NCBI GenBank assembly: GCA_002811645.1
Contig: PDIP01000001.1
Coordinates: forward strand, 62,001 to 126,000
Source of the DNA: Corallochytrium limacisporum Hawaii
Lineage: Eukaryota; Protista; Pluriformea
DNA length: 64,000 bases
Direction of reading: 5' to 3'
The position numbers and the translations under genes are program-made. Numbering within the stretch: position 1 is the first letter of the stretch; each line of letters starts with the position of its first letter. The notes below the pieces were generated by a model. That model was not told the DNA's origin. It searched no databases and saw only the letters and a program-made list of their open reading frames with translations. This document shows positions 19,555 through 30,975 of the stretch, in pieces.

Positions 19555-20144
19555 GGTGGCCAGGTCTGCAAGGCTCAGGTTCCTATTTCTGATTTTGTCA
19601 CAAACAGTCACAAATTGTCAAGGAGAGGTCAGCAGAATTAAGAACCTAAAATAACTGTAAAGCGACATTTTTGCCAACACCGTACATCTAGGTCCGCGGC
19701 ACTCGGTCACTGTGGGCGCTCGAATGGGTCCGAAGTCGTGGCTGCTCCTCCCTCCACTCTTCCTCTCCAGCGAAAAGCCAAAACAAAGGCTACGGCTCAG
19801 AGCGGAAGTTGAGAGAGGGCAAATCACTAGGCGAAGCAAGAAAGGCAGGCCACTGGGGAGCGAAATGAATACAAACCAAGCTCGGGGTGAAATTTTATTA
19901 TTATACGGACAGGTTTTAATACAGACGGAATAACTACGGAAAGGGCAGAAGTGGTAAGTTGTAACTGACCCATGGTAAGCATGGTTTCTCTTCACCATGA
20001 TTCTTGGCATAGTCGATCATGCCCATTATGGTAACAACCAGTCGTTCTCAGGCTGCTGACCAGAGCATCTCTGAGACCAATCATATCATTTATCCTCACG
20101 ATAGCCAATAACTTGATCATGCCACTTTGGCAAATACATGTCGT

Positions 20145-20414
20145 TCACAAGAAGTTCTCGCACCACACAGCGATACCTTGTTCAGCATCCTTGGCGTATT
20201 TCTGCCCCAGTTCGTAGTCCTTGACCATGGAGTCGATGAAAGCTTCGCTGTTTTTGTCCAGGCCGAGGTACATGGACAGAACGTGGTAGCATTTGGTAAT
20301 GCCCTCCTTCTCCAGCTTCTTCTTGTTGGCCTCGCCAATGCCAGGCAGTTGGTCAATGGGCTTGTCACCCATGCGTTCAGTGGTGAAATTACGGTGCTTT
20401 ACTGAGGTCGACAT
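20145..20414 (-). CDS. BANF1: Barrier-to-autointegration factor
   Basis: 89 aa, gapless against recalled human BAF: MSTSVKHRNF..E.MGDKP...L.GIGE...KKLE..G...Y.VL...WCENFL. Confidence 0.93.
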   Translation of the reverse strand: MSTSVKHRNFTTERMGDKPIDQLPGIGEANKKKLEKEGITKCYHVLSMYLGLDKNSEAFIDSMVKDYELGQKYAKDAEQGIAVWCENFL

Positions 20415-21259
20415 GTTCCTGATTAATACTATGAACAGAAAGTGTTTGAATTATTGGACACTCTCCAATTTCAGGAGTCAGCTTCTGCATTGAATACCTA
20501 AGTCTCGCAATGACCGTCTAAATTGCCTCCTCGATAGGCCATTTTCACGTGTGTAGTAAATGTTTCCACATGACCTCAGAGTCCGAGCTTCCCAGGTTTA
20601 TCCCACTATTGGCCACACAGATCCCCATTGCACCCTGTAACGCCACATCACAGACTGTCCTCGCATTCCGACAAGACTCTCCTCGTCATCTGTGTGCCTC
20701 CCTGCCGCACTCGCGCCCAATCTCCTGCCCCAATTACTACTGGACCAGTCCGCACAATATTCGTTTGATGCAGTGGCGGGAAATCCTCGAGCCCCCGAGA
20801 CCGCAGCAAGTTATTCCCAGCAGCTCTCCTGTGGTCCTCTTGGCAAAATCCCAGTGGTGGAAATTCTATAGTAAATCTAGTGCCTTTCCATTGCTTGCTG
20901 CACCTGTCATCCCCAAAAACCCCAATCCGCGAATGTTCATGAAAGAGCTCACAGTCTTAATATACGGGATTCTTCAGATTGACCCAATGGGAAATATTGA
21001 TTGATTGTTGACTTGCCGCACATTGGAGGGAACTCACATGGCGAAGGCCGGCGAGTGTGTGCGTAGTGGAGGTTGAGGCGAATTTCAGAGTAAAACGCGG
21101 GTTTGTGGCGGTCATTTCAGTGGCTGGCCAGGGGCATGGAGGGTGGGCACACATTTTGTATGTATTTCAGTAGTGAATGAGATGAACATCTGGTTTGCAA
21201 TCAACAGGGGAATAGTATTAGTGGTTCAGTGCCTGTAGAATATAACAACCAGCTGAATA

Positions 21260-22381
21260 ATGCCTAAATCGGCGAGCAAGTCGAAGGCTGGGTCCAGTAA
21301 GAAGGACGAGGCACATGGGTCGTCTGTTGTGCAGGACATCCGGGAGCGTGTCCAACTTCACAAGGAGCACATTTCGCATGTTTCTGCCACAGATTACCCT
21401 GGTAATTATGTAGAATATGATGATAGTTGGAACTTTGAAACCTTCAAGGAACACTTCAGGGTTGATATCACGAAGTACGAGGGGGATCTTCTTGAGTTTG
21501 ACATGATAGGCTGCCATGCAAGCCTTGCCAATGCCATTCGTCGCATACTGCTCTCGGAAGTACCCACCATGGCCATTGAGCATGTTTATGTCATGAACAA
21601 TACTAGCATTATTCCAGATGAGGTTCTTGCCCACCGTCTGGGCCTGATCCCTATCAAAGCAGACCCACGCATGTTCCAAATGCAGAAGGAAGGTGAGGAG
21701 TCTACTGACTTGAACACTTTAGTTCTGAAGCTAAATGTCAAGTGTGAATACAAAGTCCGCTCTGGGGATGCAATGAAGACTGACACAGATGAAACGGGGA
21801 AACCTGAGGATCTTTACACAAATGCAACCGTGTACAGTGGACAGATTGAATGGAGTCCGGAGGGTCAGCAAGCTGATGCCGTGGATGGTAACCTGAAGGC
21901 CATCGGGCCTGTCCATGATGATATCATCATTGCGAAGATGAGACCTGGGCAGGAACTTGACCTCGAAATGCACTGTAAGAAGGGGATAGGAAAGACTCAC
22001 GCGAAGTGGCAGCCGGTTGGCACAGCGAGCTACCGTCTCCTGCCGGAAATCCGTCTGCTCAAGGCGATTGAAAATGAGGAGGCTGAAAGGCTTCAGGAGT
22101 GTTTCGTGCCCGGAGTGATTGAATTGGAAAAGGGCAGCGACGGTGTAGCCCGCGCAAAGGTAGGCAATCCACGCCTCTGCACCGTCGGCCGGGAGGTTCT
22201 TCACCACACAGAGTTCAACGACAAGGTTGCGCTCTTCCGCAAGCGAGACCACTTCCTGTTCTTTGTGGAATCACTAGGCATTCTGCCCCCCAAGAACCTG
22301 GTCACACAATCTCTGGAGGTGCTGAAGGAAAAATGCCTTACTGTTCAGCAGGCTCTGAAGGTGGCCACTGATGACAGCTAA
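21260..22381 (+). CDS. POLR1C: RNA polymerase I/III shared subunit AC40 (RPC40)
   Basis: SLANAIRRILLSEVPTMAIE, NNTSIIPDEVLAHRLGLIP, KGIGKTHAKW, ASYRLLP. Confidence 0.97.
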   Translation: MPKSASKSKAGSSKKDEAHGSSVVQDIRERVQLHKEHISHVSATDYPGNYVEYDDSWNFETFKEHFRVDITKYEGDLLEFDMIGCHASLANAIRRILLSEVPTMAIEHVYVMNNTSIIPDEVLAHRLGLIPIKADPRMFQMQKEGEESTDLNTLVLKLNVKCEYKVRSGDAMKTDTDETGKPEDLYTNATVYSGQIEWSPEGQQADAVDGNLKAIGPVHDDIIIAKMRPGQELDLEMHCKKGIGKTHAKWQPVGTASYRLLPEIRLLKAIENEEAERLQECFVPGVIELEKGSDGVARAKVGNPRLCTVGREVLHHTEFNDKVALFRKRDHFLFFVESLGILPPKNLVTQSLEVLKEKCLTVQQALKVATDDS

Positions 22382-22571
22382 GGCTTGTACCTTTCGTTAG
22401 TATTGCTCCAACCCCAAAATAGTTCAAATACATTACATAACTTCATAACGTGCAATCATAAGAGGCACCCAAATCTCTATTCGCAATTCACAGGGATGTT
22501 CATGCCTTTGTTATTTCTTTACAAATTTAGTGATATGCTCCCGTCATTTTTCATAGCTTGGCCTCTGTGAC

Positions 22572-22991
22572 TTACACTGGAAGCTTGGGTTCGCTAATCA
22601 TGTCAATGATTTGTGCCACTACTGGTAGGTTCAAGAGTGGTCCAATGATTGGAGTACGACGTAGGAAGCTAATGATGGTGGGGAAGAAGTCACCAAAGAG
22701 GTTCAGGAATCCAAAGCCCTCTACGAGCATACCGGTCACAGGCCAACCGTAGAGTACAATGATCATCCCGCCGATGAAGAAAGCAGTGCCACGCCATTTC
22801 CGCCGTTGGAAGAAAAATCGGAAGGTCTTCTCCAGACCAATTAAGAATGCTATTCCTGAAAGAAAGAATACATTGCCCATGGCCAGCAGGCCCCTATCGA
22901 AGAGCAAAAGCATGCCCAGCACAAGGAATGTCACCCCGAACCCGGTCAGGCCAATGCCGATCTTTTGTGTGTCAGTCACGTTCACAACCAT
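22572..22991 (-). CDS. GOT1: Vesicle transport protein Got1/GOLT1
   Basis: QKIGIGLTGFG, FDRGLLAMGN, FFFQRRKWRGT, GF.NLFGDFFP, FLRRTP. Confidence 0.96.
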   Translation of the reverse strand: MVVNVTDTQKIGIGLTGFGVTFLVLGMLLLFDRGLLAMGNVFFLSGIAFLIGLEKTFRFFFQRRKWRGTAFFIGGMIIVLYGWPVTGMLVEGFGFLNLFGDFFPTIISFLRRTPIIGPLLNLPVVAQIIDMISEPKLPV

Positions 22992-24339
22992 ACTTATAGC
23001 GTTGTGCTTTCTCGTGGATTTGAACCAGTATAGAAAACAGTGGTTGGCTTCTCACGACCCGAAGACGAAGTCGAAGGCTTCAATGGCCCTTTACTACCTC
23101 CTTAAATGAGGGCCCCTGGGTGCTGCCACCGCATCACCCCGCTACAGCCCTGCCATTTCCTATAGTAATTCGGCTGGTGGACTTGGAAATGAAGGGCAGA
23201 AGAATTCTAACGCGTAGCACCCCAAAGGTGCTCCAGGGTGAAGAACTGCGGCAGGAAGTTTCGTTGCGCTACCGGTCCTGTGGGCCGACACCTCATATTT
23301 TCTCACTTATGGCGCCAAACAACCGCTGATTAAATGCTTCATTCAGTATGGACTCCCCCACCCGCTCAGTTTCGGGGTTGAGCCCGGAGGAGTTATGTCA
23401 GCAGTAGGTAGGTAGGTCCCATCAGTCCCCTTGTCGCCTCTGCCCTACTTTTGAAATATTGATTTATCTGTCGAAGAGCAGTAGGCGGAGCCCTACGTGT
23501 GTGTGTTGGGGAAGGGGAACTCACGCATGGCTTGCCCTCCCCCCGGGGGGGGGGGTGGTTCGTGCACATGAGCCAGACACTGGCGGTATCTTAGGCAATC
23601 TGTAAGTGAATGCCGACCATCAGATTATTGAGCATGGTATTTGAAGGAAATGGATTGGCAAAATGCTTCCAGCACGCACACACCTTTCTTTGCCCCGAAA
23701 GCGGGGTCAGGCTGTACATAGTATCAGGTCACACCAGAACTGTAGGTAGACGAACTCACGTTTCACACCGGTTGAGATGGAGCAGTAATGATGACAGCAT
23801 TTTTTTGGACTAGAGTTGCTGACAGTGTGGGCACGACCCTCGATCTGTTGATAATCCTTGGCTGATACTGTCTCTTCTCAAAGGACCCCGTATCATGAAC
23901 CAGAAGTGCTAACCGCAGATCGTACTCCATAGTTTGATCCACTCTAAACAGGCAACAAGGTAGGTCTTTAGTTTCATATGGGACACTTATGATGGAAAAA
24001 ATTTACTCCGCTTATTACCAGATAGAGTTTAGCAGCTCTGACTGATCGAACACTGTAAATTTATCGCTAGATTGTATCTGAAGAGTACGAATGTCCGACA
24101 GGCAGTTGTCATTGTCGAATTGCGTATACTAACAAGTAAGTAGATCCTCTGAGAACTGCCCTGTGGTGGTCAAAGGATGAATGGTGAGTGAAGCGATGAC
24201 TAGCACTGGGATATGAAAACGATAGATGTTTCGTAGTCGGAATAATGTCCACGCAAAATGATCACTACCCCTTCACCCGGCAAGCACCTATGGAACCACC
24301 TCACGACCTGAGAACTAACCTTTCTTTATTCATCATGCT

Positions 24340-26202
24340 CTATTGTTCGCTTTGTGCAGGCCCCTTGTGATCTTCTTTTTCTTGAACAGTAAGAAGTTGA
24401 GTTTGCTTCTGAAGGCCTTCAAGTTCCTCCGAGCGGTGTGTCTGATCGAAATCGGCGCCTTCATTTCGGAGGATAGAGTCGACGTCCTCTTCCGATTCTG
24501 GAACACTTTGAATTGGAACCTCTCCCTTCACTGTCTTAGTGGCCGTCTCATTGATCTCGTCCAATTTGGACTGATCTTCTACCACTGAAATGTCGTGCAA
24601 TTCCGTGTCAGTTGTGATCAGGCCCAGCTTTTTCAGCACAAAGGGCAGCTTCGTAACATAGTCAAGGTGTCCATTGATAATGTCCCCGAGGTCCACATTC
24701 TCGACATCTTCCAAAGGACTCGGACACAATCCCGCGATATCGAAATTTCCCCCTAGCACATGATACATAAATCTCAGTAACCAATCCGACCCGCAGTAGG
24801 CCACTGTGACTTTACCCGCTGTCATAGCCCTCACCTTGTCCCAGTCTCCTCCGACATTTGAGTGTGGAATTGGTGCACCGATGAGGTAGATATTGTCCAC
24901 AATTCCGTGACAGTCCTGCCTGCCTTTCTTAGACTGGCCCTCCTGCAGAGGTTTATGCCCGGGCATGTGGTGATCGTCGTACAACTTCACAAGCGCCTGG
25001 AAGATCGTATAAGCTCCGAGCGAGTACCCCATCAGAGTCACAGGTCGGTGTCCGGCGTCGCGTTTCGCAAGTACGTCTGCAAGCACCTCTCCAGCTTCCT
25101 TAGCAGAATTCATGGCTTGTGACCATGGGTTTCCAATAATGTCCGTCAATTTGAGGAGCAATAGTGGTGCGGCCATGGCAGCCGCAATCCCAGCAATCAC
25201 TGTCTGGGCCACTGCGGAGGAAACAGCGTATCCGACGGCCTCCTTCTTGGCAATGTTAACGAACGCCTCTCCCAAATTGAGAAGTTTCTTGGGATCGAAT
25301 ACCAAAGCATACTGCTCACCAACATCGTCAAGGCTCTCCCAAGGTCGTGCAGGGTCCTTCATTTTGTCGGTCAGCCACCCGGAGACGCAAATCTTCACCG
25401 ACAGTCTTTCCTCTCCTTTCATTTTCTCGAACCTAAACTCTTCGAGATCTGCTATGCGTGTTGACATCCTGTAACCGCTGAGACCGGCTCCAGTGGCACC
25501 AAATAGAGTGGTGATGAAAACATACCCTCCTGCAGATGTCAGGAACACAGCAGTGCTACCGCCAACCGTCGCTGCTGCTGCACCTGCGATTACTGGAGCT
25601 GCAAGTCCGCCGGTGAGACCGATGGCTAGGCCACCAAGGACTGCAGCACCACCAGTATATAGGTACTTCCGGGTCCGTTTGGATTTCTCCCGCTTCTCCC
25701 GCTCTTGTTTCTGTTCGACAGTTTCCCTTTTTGCGGCCTTGATTTCCGCAGCCAAGTTATCCTCGAAGGACCCGACCAACAATGGGGCCAGGCCCATGGC
25801 ATCTGTCATTCTGTACAACATAACCCTCTCCCGGCTGTCATAGTGGGCATCCTTGATACAGAAGTTCATAAAGTCCTCCATGACCACAAAAGAATATCCT
25901 TTCTCAGAGTCTGCTAAGATCATGCTCACAATTCCTTTGAGCTCGTCGTCCGTGACGGGAGGCATCTCCACCATTGTCATGAGTGCCTCCTGGTGGGCTT
26001 CGCTCATTTGAAGGTGCTGCAGAAACTGTTTGCACATCTCCAATGACCATTTCGAATCAGAATGGTTCGGATAATGTTCAGCGTATGGGGCCGTCATCAC
26101 CACCGCAGTGGCATACGCGAACTTTTCAGCGTCGCCCAGCTGTTCCGCCGCAATGGGCTTGATCGGCAACTCGACCTGATCATCTTTGTTCTTCTCTCCC
26201 AT
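24340..26202 (-). CDS. TMCO4: TMCO4/Mil1 (DUF726) alpha/beta-hydrolase-like membrane protein
   Basis: YDSRERV, GGLAIGLTGGLAAP, RPVTLMGYSLGA, SDWLL, GHLDY. The ORF is open to 26292; the ATG at 26202 was chosen. Confidence 0.9.
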   Translation of the reverse strand: MGEKNKDDQVELPIKPIAAEQLGDAEKFAYATAVVMTAPYAEHYPNHSDSKWSLEMCKQFLQHLQMSEAHQEALMTMVEMPPVTDDELKGIVSMILADSEKGYSFVVMEDFMNFCIKDAHYDSRERVMLYRMTDAMGLAPLLVGSFEDNLAAEIKAAKRETVEQKQEREKREKSKRTRKYLYTGGAAVLGGLAIGLTGGLAAPVIAGAAAATVGGSTAVFLTSAGGYVFITTLFGATGAGLSGYRMSTRIADLEEFRFEKMKGEERLSVKICVSGWLTDKMKDPARPWESLDDVGEQYALVFDPKKLLNLGEAFVNIAKKEAVGYAVSSAVAQTVIAGIAAAMAAPLLLLKLTDIIGNPWSQAMNSAKEAGEVLADVLAKRDAGHRPVTLMGYSLGAYTIFQALVKLYDDHHMPGHKPLQEGQSKKGRQDCHGIVDNIYLIGAPIPHSNVGGDWDKVRAMTAGKVTVAYCGSDWLLRFMYHVLGGNFDIAGLCPSPLEDVENVDLGDIINGHLDYVTKLPFVLKKLGLITTDTELHDISVVEDQSKLDEINETATKTVKGEVPIQSVPESEEDVDSILRNEGADFDQTHRSEELEGLQKQTQLLTVQEKEDHKGPAQSEQ

Positions 26203-27754
26203 GTTGGTAAACCCCTGGGAGGTATATCTACGAGTATGCCACACCACCCAATTAACTCCGTATCTGTTGATCAGTTCGACATGCACATCCACTAATACCC
26301 AATCACAGCGCTTCCTTGTGCAGAAATCTCACATCTTTCTGGGATGCGAACCCACCTTATCAGCACTTTTGTGAGCCTTTTTTTGTCTTGGTGCCTCCTG
26401 GGTCCCAGGGGTTCAACGTCATTGGCTAAGAATCCCAATACCATAGCAAGTGATACTTTAAGCGCGGTTCTCCTCGGCCTCAGTAAAATACATACGGACT
26501 ATATTTAAATATGTGCAGCTCCAGAGCTGGCCCTCCCGCAAACCGTCGACGGTAGGTGTCAGCATCGGAGCAACGAAAAGGCTTAGGATCGGGAAACCCC
26601 CAGCAGGAGTTCGCATCCGACCACCAAGGTGCCCTTACGGGTGACGTAGAAAATCTCCATACTGAATCTGCGGTTGCAGGAGGTTCCGAGGGGACGTGTT
26701 GATATCGCGTTTGGAAATACCCCGCTTTCCTGACTCCTTGGGGGTTTCGCATTTGGTTCTGAACTCAGTATGTTTACTACGGGATTTCTGCCAAGTGCCC
26801 AATATGGAATTTTTTCATTTCAAATTGCCACGGAAGGTCACTGGTGGCAATTTCAGTACTGAACACACTGGAGCCGAGCAGGTGAAAAAAAAAGTTCAAA
26901 CCGCAGTGTGTACCGTTGTCGTTGGCCTGGACGGATCCAGCAATAGTTTCGAAAGCATACCTCCTCCATTCTCAGTTATGGGATTATGTATTTATAATAT
27001 ATTGTCCTGGACAGCGAGAGTAGCTGTCGTGCGTAAAAATGGTTGGACCCTAATCGCTGTCGTGTAAGCCGCGTGTGCTGCCATCTCACTTTGAAGGCCC
27101 CAGCCAATGCTGCCTGTCTTTGATTCTTGAGAGCAGTACTTTTCAGTGGCAAGAATCCCGCACGCGATGACGTTGTGAGTACAATATCATCGTCGGCGAG
27201 AGAACAACACGGTCATTCATGAAAAAGTTCGGTAGAAAATGGTAATTTTTTCAAAGACTTCTTCATATTAAATTGAGTCCGTGATTATCATGTTCCTACT
27301 GCAAGTCACCGCCACCACGAAGCAAATCACTTTGTCATGTATAGTTTGTTTCTTACTTTTCCTGTTTTCCCCTCCCTCCTCCCCGCCCCCTTTACCGCGG
27401 CTTTGTCCCCAAACAGTAGTACCGACCTGGCCGTGTTTCACCAATGGCCGCTACTGACTCAGGAGCAAGTCTCCTTCCTTTTTTTTTTTTTTTGCGTGTG
27501 TGTAGTGTCGATGGCCAAGAATTCCACCGCAAAGCCTCTCCCCCCGCCCCGGACGAACCGCACACTTCGCTGATTGAACCAAGAACCACAGGCGTGCGTG
27601 GCCTGCGGGCGGTGGGTGGAAGGATCTCTGCAGTGTTCACTGACTACGGACCTTCGAGTGCCTTTTATGTCGTCCTGGGCGGGAGGGGAAGGGAAGGAGG
27701 TGATCGGTGGTAATGAAACTTCCCCCCCCCCCCCCCCCCCCCTTTTTTTTTTTT

Positions 27755-27825
27755 NNNNNNNNNNNNNNNNNNNNNNNNNNNNNNNNNNNNNNNNNNNNNN
27801 NNNNNNNNNNNNNNNNNNNNNNNNN
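27755..27825. other. Assembly gap (N run) next to poly(C)/poly(T) homopolymers
   Basis: 71 Ns directly after a C21 and T12 run. Confidence 0.99.
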
Positions 27826-29039
27826 CCCTGCCCCTGTTTTTTTTTTCTTTGGCTCTCTCCCTTCCGTACCATCGTCTTTTTATCTTCTTCTCCCTTCCTC
27901 CCCCTCAGTGTGTTCAACGAAGAAAACCCATTGGACATGGACACTTGCCTCCCCACAGAAGGCGCGCCGCACTTGTGCGTGTGTGTGGGGCAAACTTGAA
28001 CGCATAGACAGTCCGGTTTTACACACACACACACTGCCGTGCGTCTTCTCCTGTTTTGCGTGTTTGCCTTTGCTTCGAATTTTCCGCGTGTGCCACCCGT
28101 ACGGAGCGAGCAGAGAATTTTGATAGCAGAGAGACAGATCCCGGTAGAAAAGGAACCGACTGCGGAGATTGGAAAAGGACCCTCCCCTGTGGTGGGACTC
28201 GGTTGGGTGGGGTGGTGCCATCCCAGTTGTCTGTGCGATGCTGATAGGTCCATATCGGAGGGTCACTCGATATTCTATATATAATTTATTATATTATGGT
28301 GGGTAAACGTGTATGATGATACAAATCAGACAGTTCAAGAAAGCGACTACGATGCGGAGGCGACAAACAGTTTTCTAAGCATTTGTGGCAGGTGTATTCG
28401 CTTGGTTACTGTGTATTGCTACCAGGAGGTATAGTTTTACAAATAATAGTAATATATTTATAATAAAAATACATATATTTGGCATACATATAGCGGATGA
28501 CATCTATGGTCCAATTCATCCTTTCCAAGCGTGATAGAGAAGACTAAAGCAGGAGCCGAATGAACAGGAACAGGCGTGAACAGCCACCAACCCCCTCCCC
28601 ATGACTAATGTATGGAAGAATTTTCTCTCCATAGAAAAAAGGGGATGATCGAGAAAAGTGGACGTATGATATGGGGTGCACTGGCTCATTGTACCGCAGC
28701 ATCAAATGGTGACAACCGAGTACATTCAAGGACTACTCGCTACGATGAATAAAATTTGTTTCGCGTGTACTGTTGGTGGTTATTCTGGTGTGTTAATCCA
28801 CTTGTCAAGTGTATACGTTTTTGTAGTAGGTACTTGATTACAGGGATTCCAGAGAGTTTAATGAACTTTTGCGCGGAAACTATACTTCTTAACCCTGGGC
28901 TTTGTACAAGTTTGTATATTCCCTTGGTTGAAGTTATGGCGACCGCTTCCATAACTTCGTTTGTGTCCTTATTGTTATAGTTCAATAACTTTCTGAAAGT
29001 TATTTCGTCGGATCTAAGGTAATTTAGTAGAATTTCGCA

Positions 29040-30188
29040 ATGGTGTTTGCTACACGTGTCGTTCGGGCCGTGCGCCTGGGCGTGGCTAGGAGTAACCCTC
29101 GTCCAGCAATCACAATCCGGGATCCGTGTCTTGGCGTGCCACCTTTGGCACCGTATCAGTCAGAACCTGCTGTTCATGCTGCAACTGCTGCCGCCCCTCT
29201 GGTTGGAACTCGTCGTTTGGGTGCCGATCGCGAAGCGCACAAGTCAGTGAAGAGCAAGCAACCTCGGGCGAATGAGTATGCTGCACGCCGTCCATATGTG
29301 GTCGGCACGGATACCAAGAAAGATTCTGCTATACCCGTGGAGGAATTGCTTCCTACAGATCCAATCCCCGATCCCTTGGCCAAATTCGATGAAACAGCTG
29401 AAGACTACTACTCCATGGTCTCCAAGTTCACGAAGCGTTTCAATGCTGATGTAATTAAGATGTCAGGCTTCCAAGCAGGCAACACCGCTATTGAGGTCGC
29501 TGCTGGTCCCGGCGACTTGAGTATGTCTCTGGCAGAGCAGTCTAGTGATGGATTTATTCTGGCCACAGACTGCTCCAAGTCTATGACTGACATTATGAAG
29601 AAGCGAATTGACACGTCTGGCATGAAGCACATTGTTGCTGAACCTCAGAATGGCACCCGTATCGTGGCCTTCTCGGATTACTTTGACTTTGCCTTCAATA
29701 TGTTTGGACTACATTTCTTTGACTCTCCGATTGCGGGCATCATTGAGATGGCCAGGGTGGTGAAACCTGGCGGTAAGGTCGTGATTGCGAACTGGGCTCC
29801 GCCGGAGTCGAATCCGTACATGAAGCTTATCTTCAAGGCCATGGATATCATGCCGTCTGGTCGCAAGGTGCCGGAATTGGAGAACCCCCGCACCCTGGGT
29901 GATCCTTCAAAACTCGCTGAGTACATGTCTATGGCTGGCTTGGAGAACATTGACATTGTTCGCACTGAGAAACCCTTCTATAGTGCTCCGAATCAGATGG
30001 TCGAGGAGGTCAAGATTATGGATCCTACAATTGGCGAAGCACTTGATGGTATGCCTGATATGCAGCAGGCTAAGATTGAGTCCGAAATGGCCAACAGGAT
30101 AGATACAATGTGCCCAAATACTAACTCTGGTGATCCTTTCACCTGCAAGGCAGTAGCCATCCTGGCTGTTGGTACTAAACGCTGCTAA
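29040..30188 (+). CDS. Class I SAM-dependent methyltransferase (UbiE-like) with probable mitochondrial presequence
   Basis: IEVAAGPG motif I, ATDCS, FD.A, EMARVVKPGG.V...W. The N-terminus is Arg-rich and lacks acidic residues. Confidence 0.85.
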   Translation: MVFATRVVRAVRLGVARSNPRPAITIRDPCLGVPPLAPYQSEPAVHAATAAAPLVGTRRLGADREAHKSVKSKQPRANEYAARRPYVVGTDTKKDSAIPVEELLPTDPIPDPLAKFDETAEDYYSMVSKFTKRFNADVIKMSGFQAGNTAIEVAAGPGDLSMSLAEQSSDGFILATDCSKSMTDIMKKRIDTSGMKHIVAEPQNGTRIVAFSDYFDFAFNMFGLHFFDSPIAGIIEMARVVKPGGKVVIANWAPPESNPYMKLIFKAMDIMPSGRKVPELENPRTLGDPSKLAEYMSMAGLENIDIVRTEKPFYSAPNQMVEEVKIMDPTIGEALDGMPDMQQAKIESEMANRIDTMCPNTNSGDPFTCKAVAILAVGTKRC

Positions 30189-30517
30189 ACTCTTATTATC
30201 AAACATCTATCACTGTCCGATCCCTCTTCATAGCTACTATGAACACCATATCTATTTTAGCAGTGAATATATTATAACTACATTACCATTTTCATCCTAT
30301 CTACTTCTTGAATTGCACACAGTGTCTGTTCCTCCATGTCTTCGGATGCAGCTCTCCAAGCCAGATCGGCAGTCCAGGCTTCACCCAATCGTTTCCCTAC
30401 TGTGTTGTGAATATGATATACGTAAATCTTTTAAATACGAACCTTTGCATTCACGCACTGACTTTGGTACAGTCACTATGGCCTTCCCCCCCCCCCCCAC
30501 TCTTCCCTCCTGCGCTA

Positions 30518-30647
30518 NNNNNNNNNNNNNNNNNNNNNNNNNNNNNNNNNNNNNNNNNNNNNNNNNNNNNNNNNNNNNNNNNNNNNNNNNNNNNNNNNNN
30601 NNNNNNNNNNNNNNNNNNNNNNNNNNNNNNNNNNNNNNNNNNNNNNN
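30518..30647. other. Assembly gap flanked by a duplicated ~55-bp sequence
   Basis: 30463-30517 and 30648-30703 are identical except for a C13 versus C14 run. Confidence 0.95.
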
Positions 30648-30975
30648 TTTGGTACAGTCACTATGGCCTTCCCCCCCCCCCCCCACTCTTCCCTCCTGCG
30701 CTAAACACCGGCCTAAGCACTCCATGTGAGACCCAGTTCATGGTCCCGGTGCGGATAACTGCGCAAGTGGCGGCCCACCAAGAACTGCAGAGACTGAAGA
30801 GATATTTATGGAATCAAACCGGACCATGCCCTTGAACACATGTGTGATATAGTGCTTGGTATTCTACTGAAACGAGATTTTAGAGAACGAGATATGTAGT
30901 AGAAGGACGATGTAGGTGATCGTCTTCAAGGTTCCACACAGTTGTACCGCATACATTTATCTTACACACATAGCC

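Noticed and set aside
30463-30703. 55-bp direct repeat flanking an N gap (possible target-site duplication or insertion)
   Set aside because: The copies differ only in homopolymer length (C13 vs C14), typical of an unmerged contig overlap.
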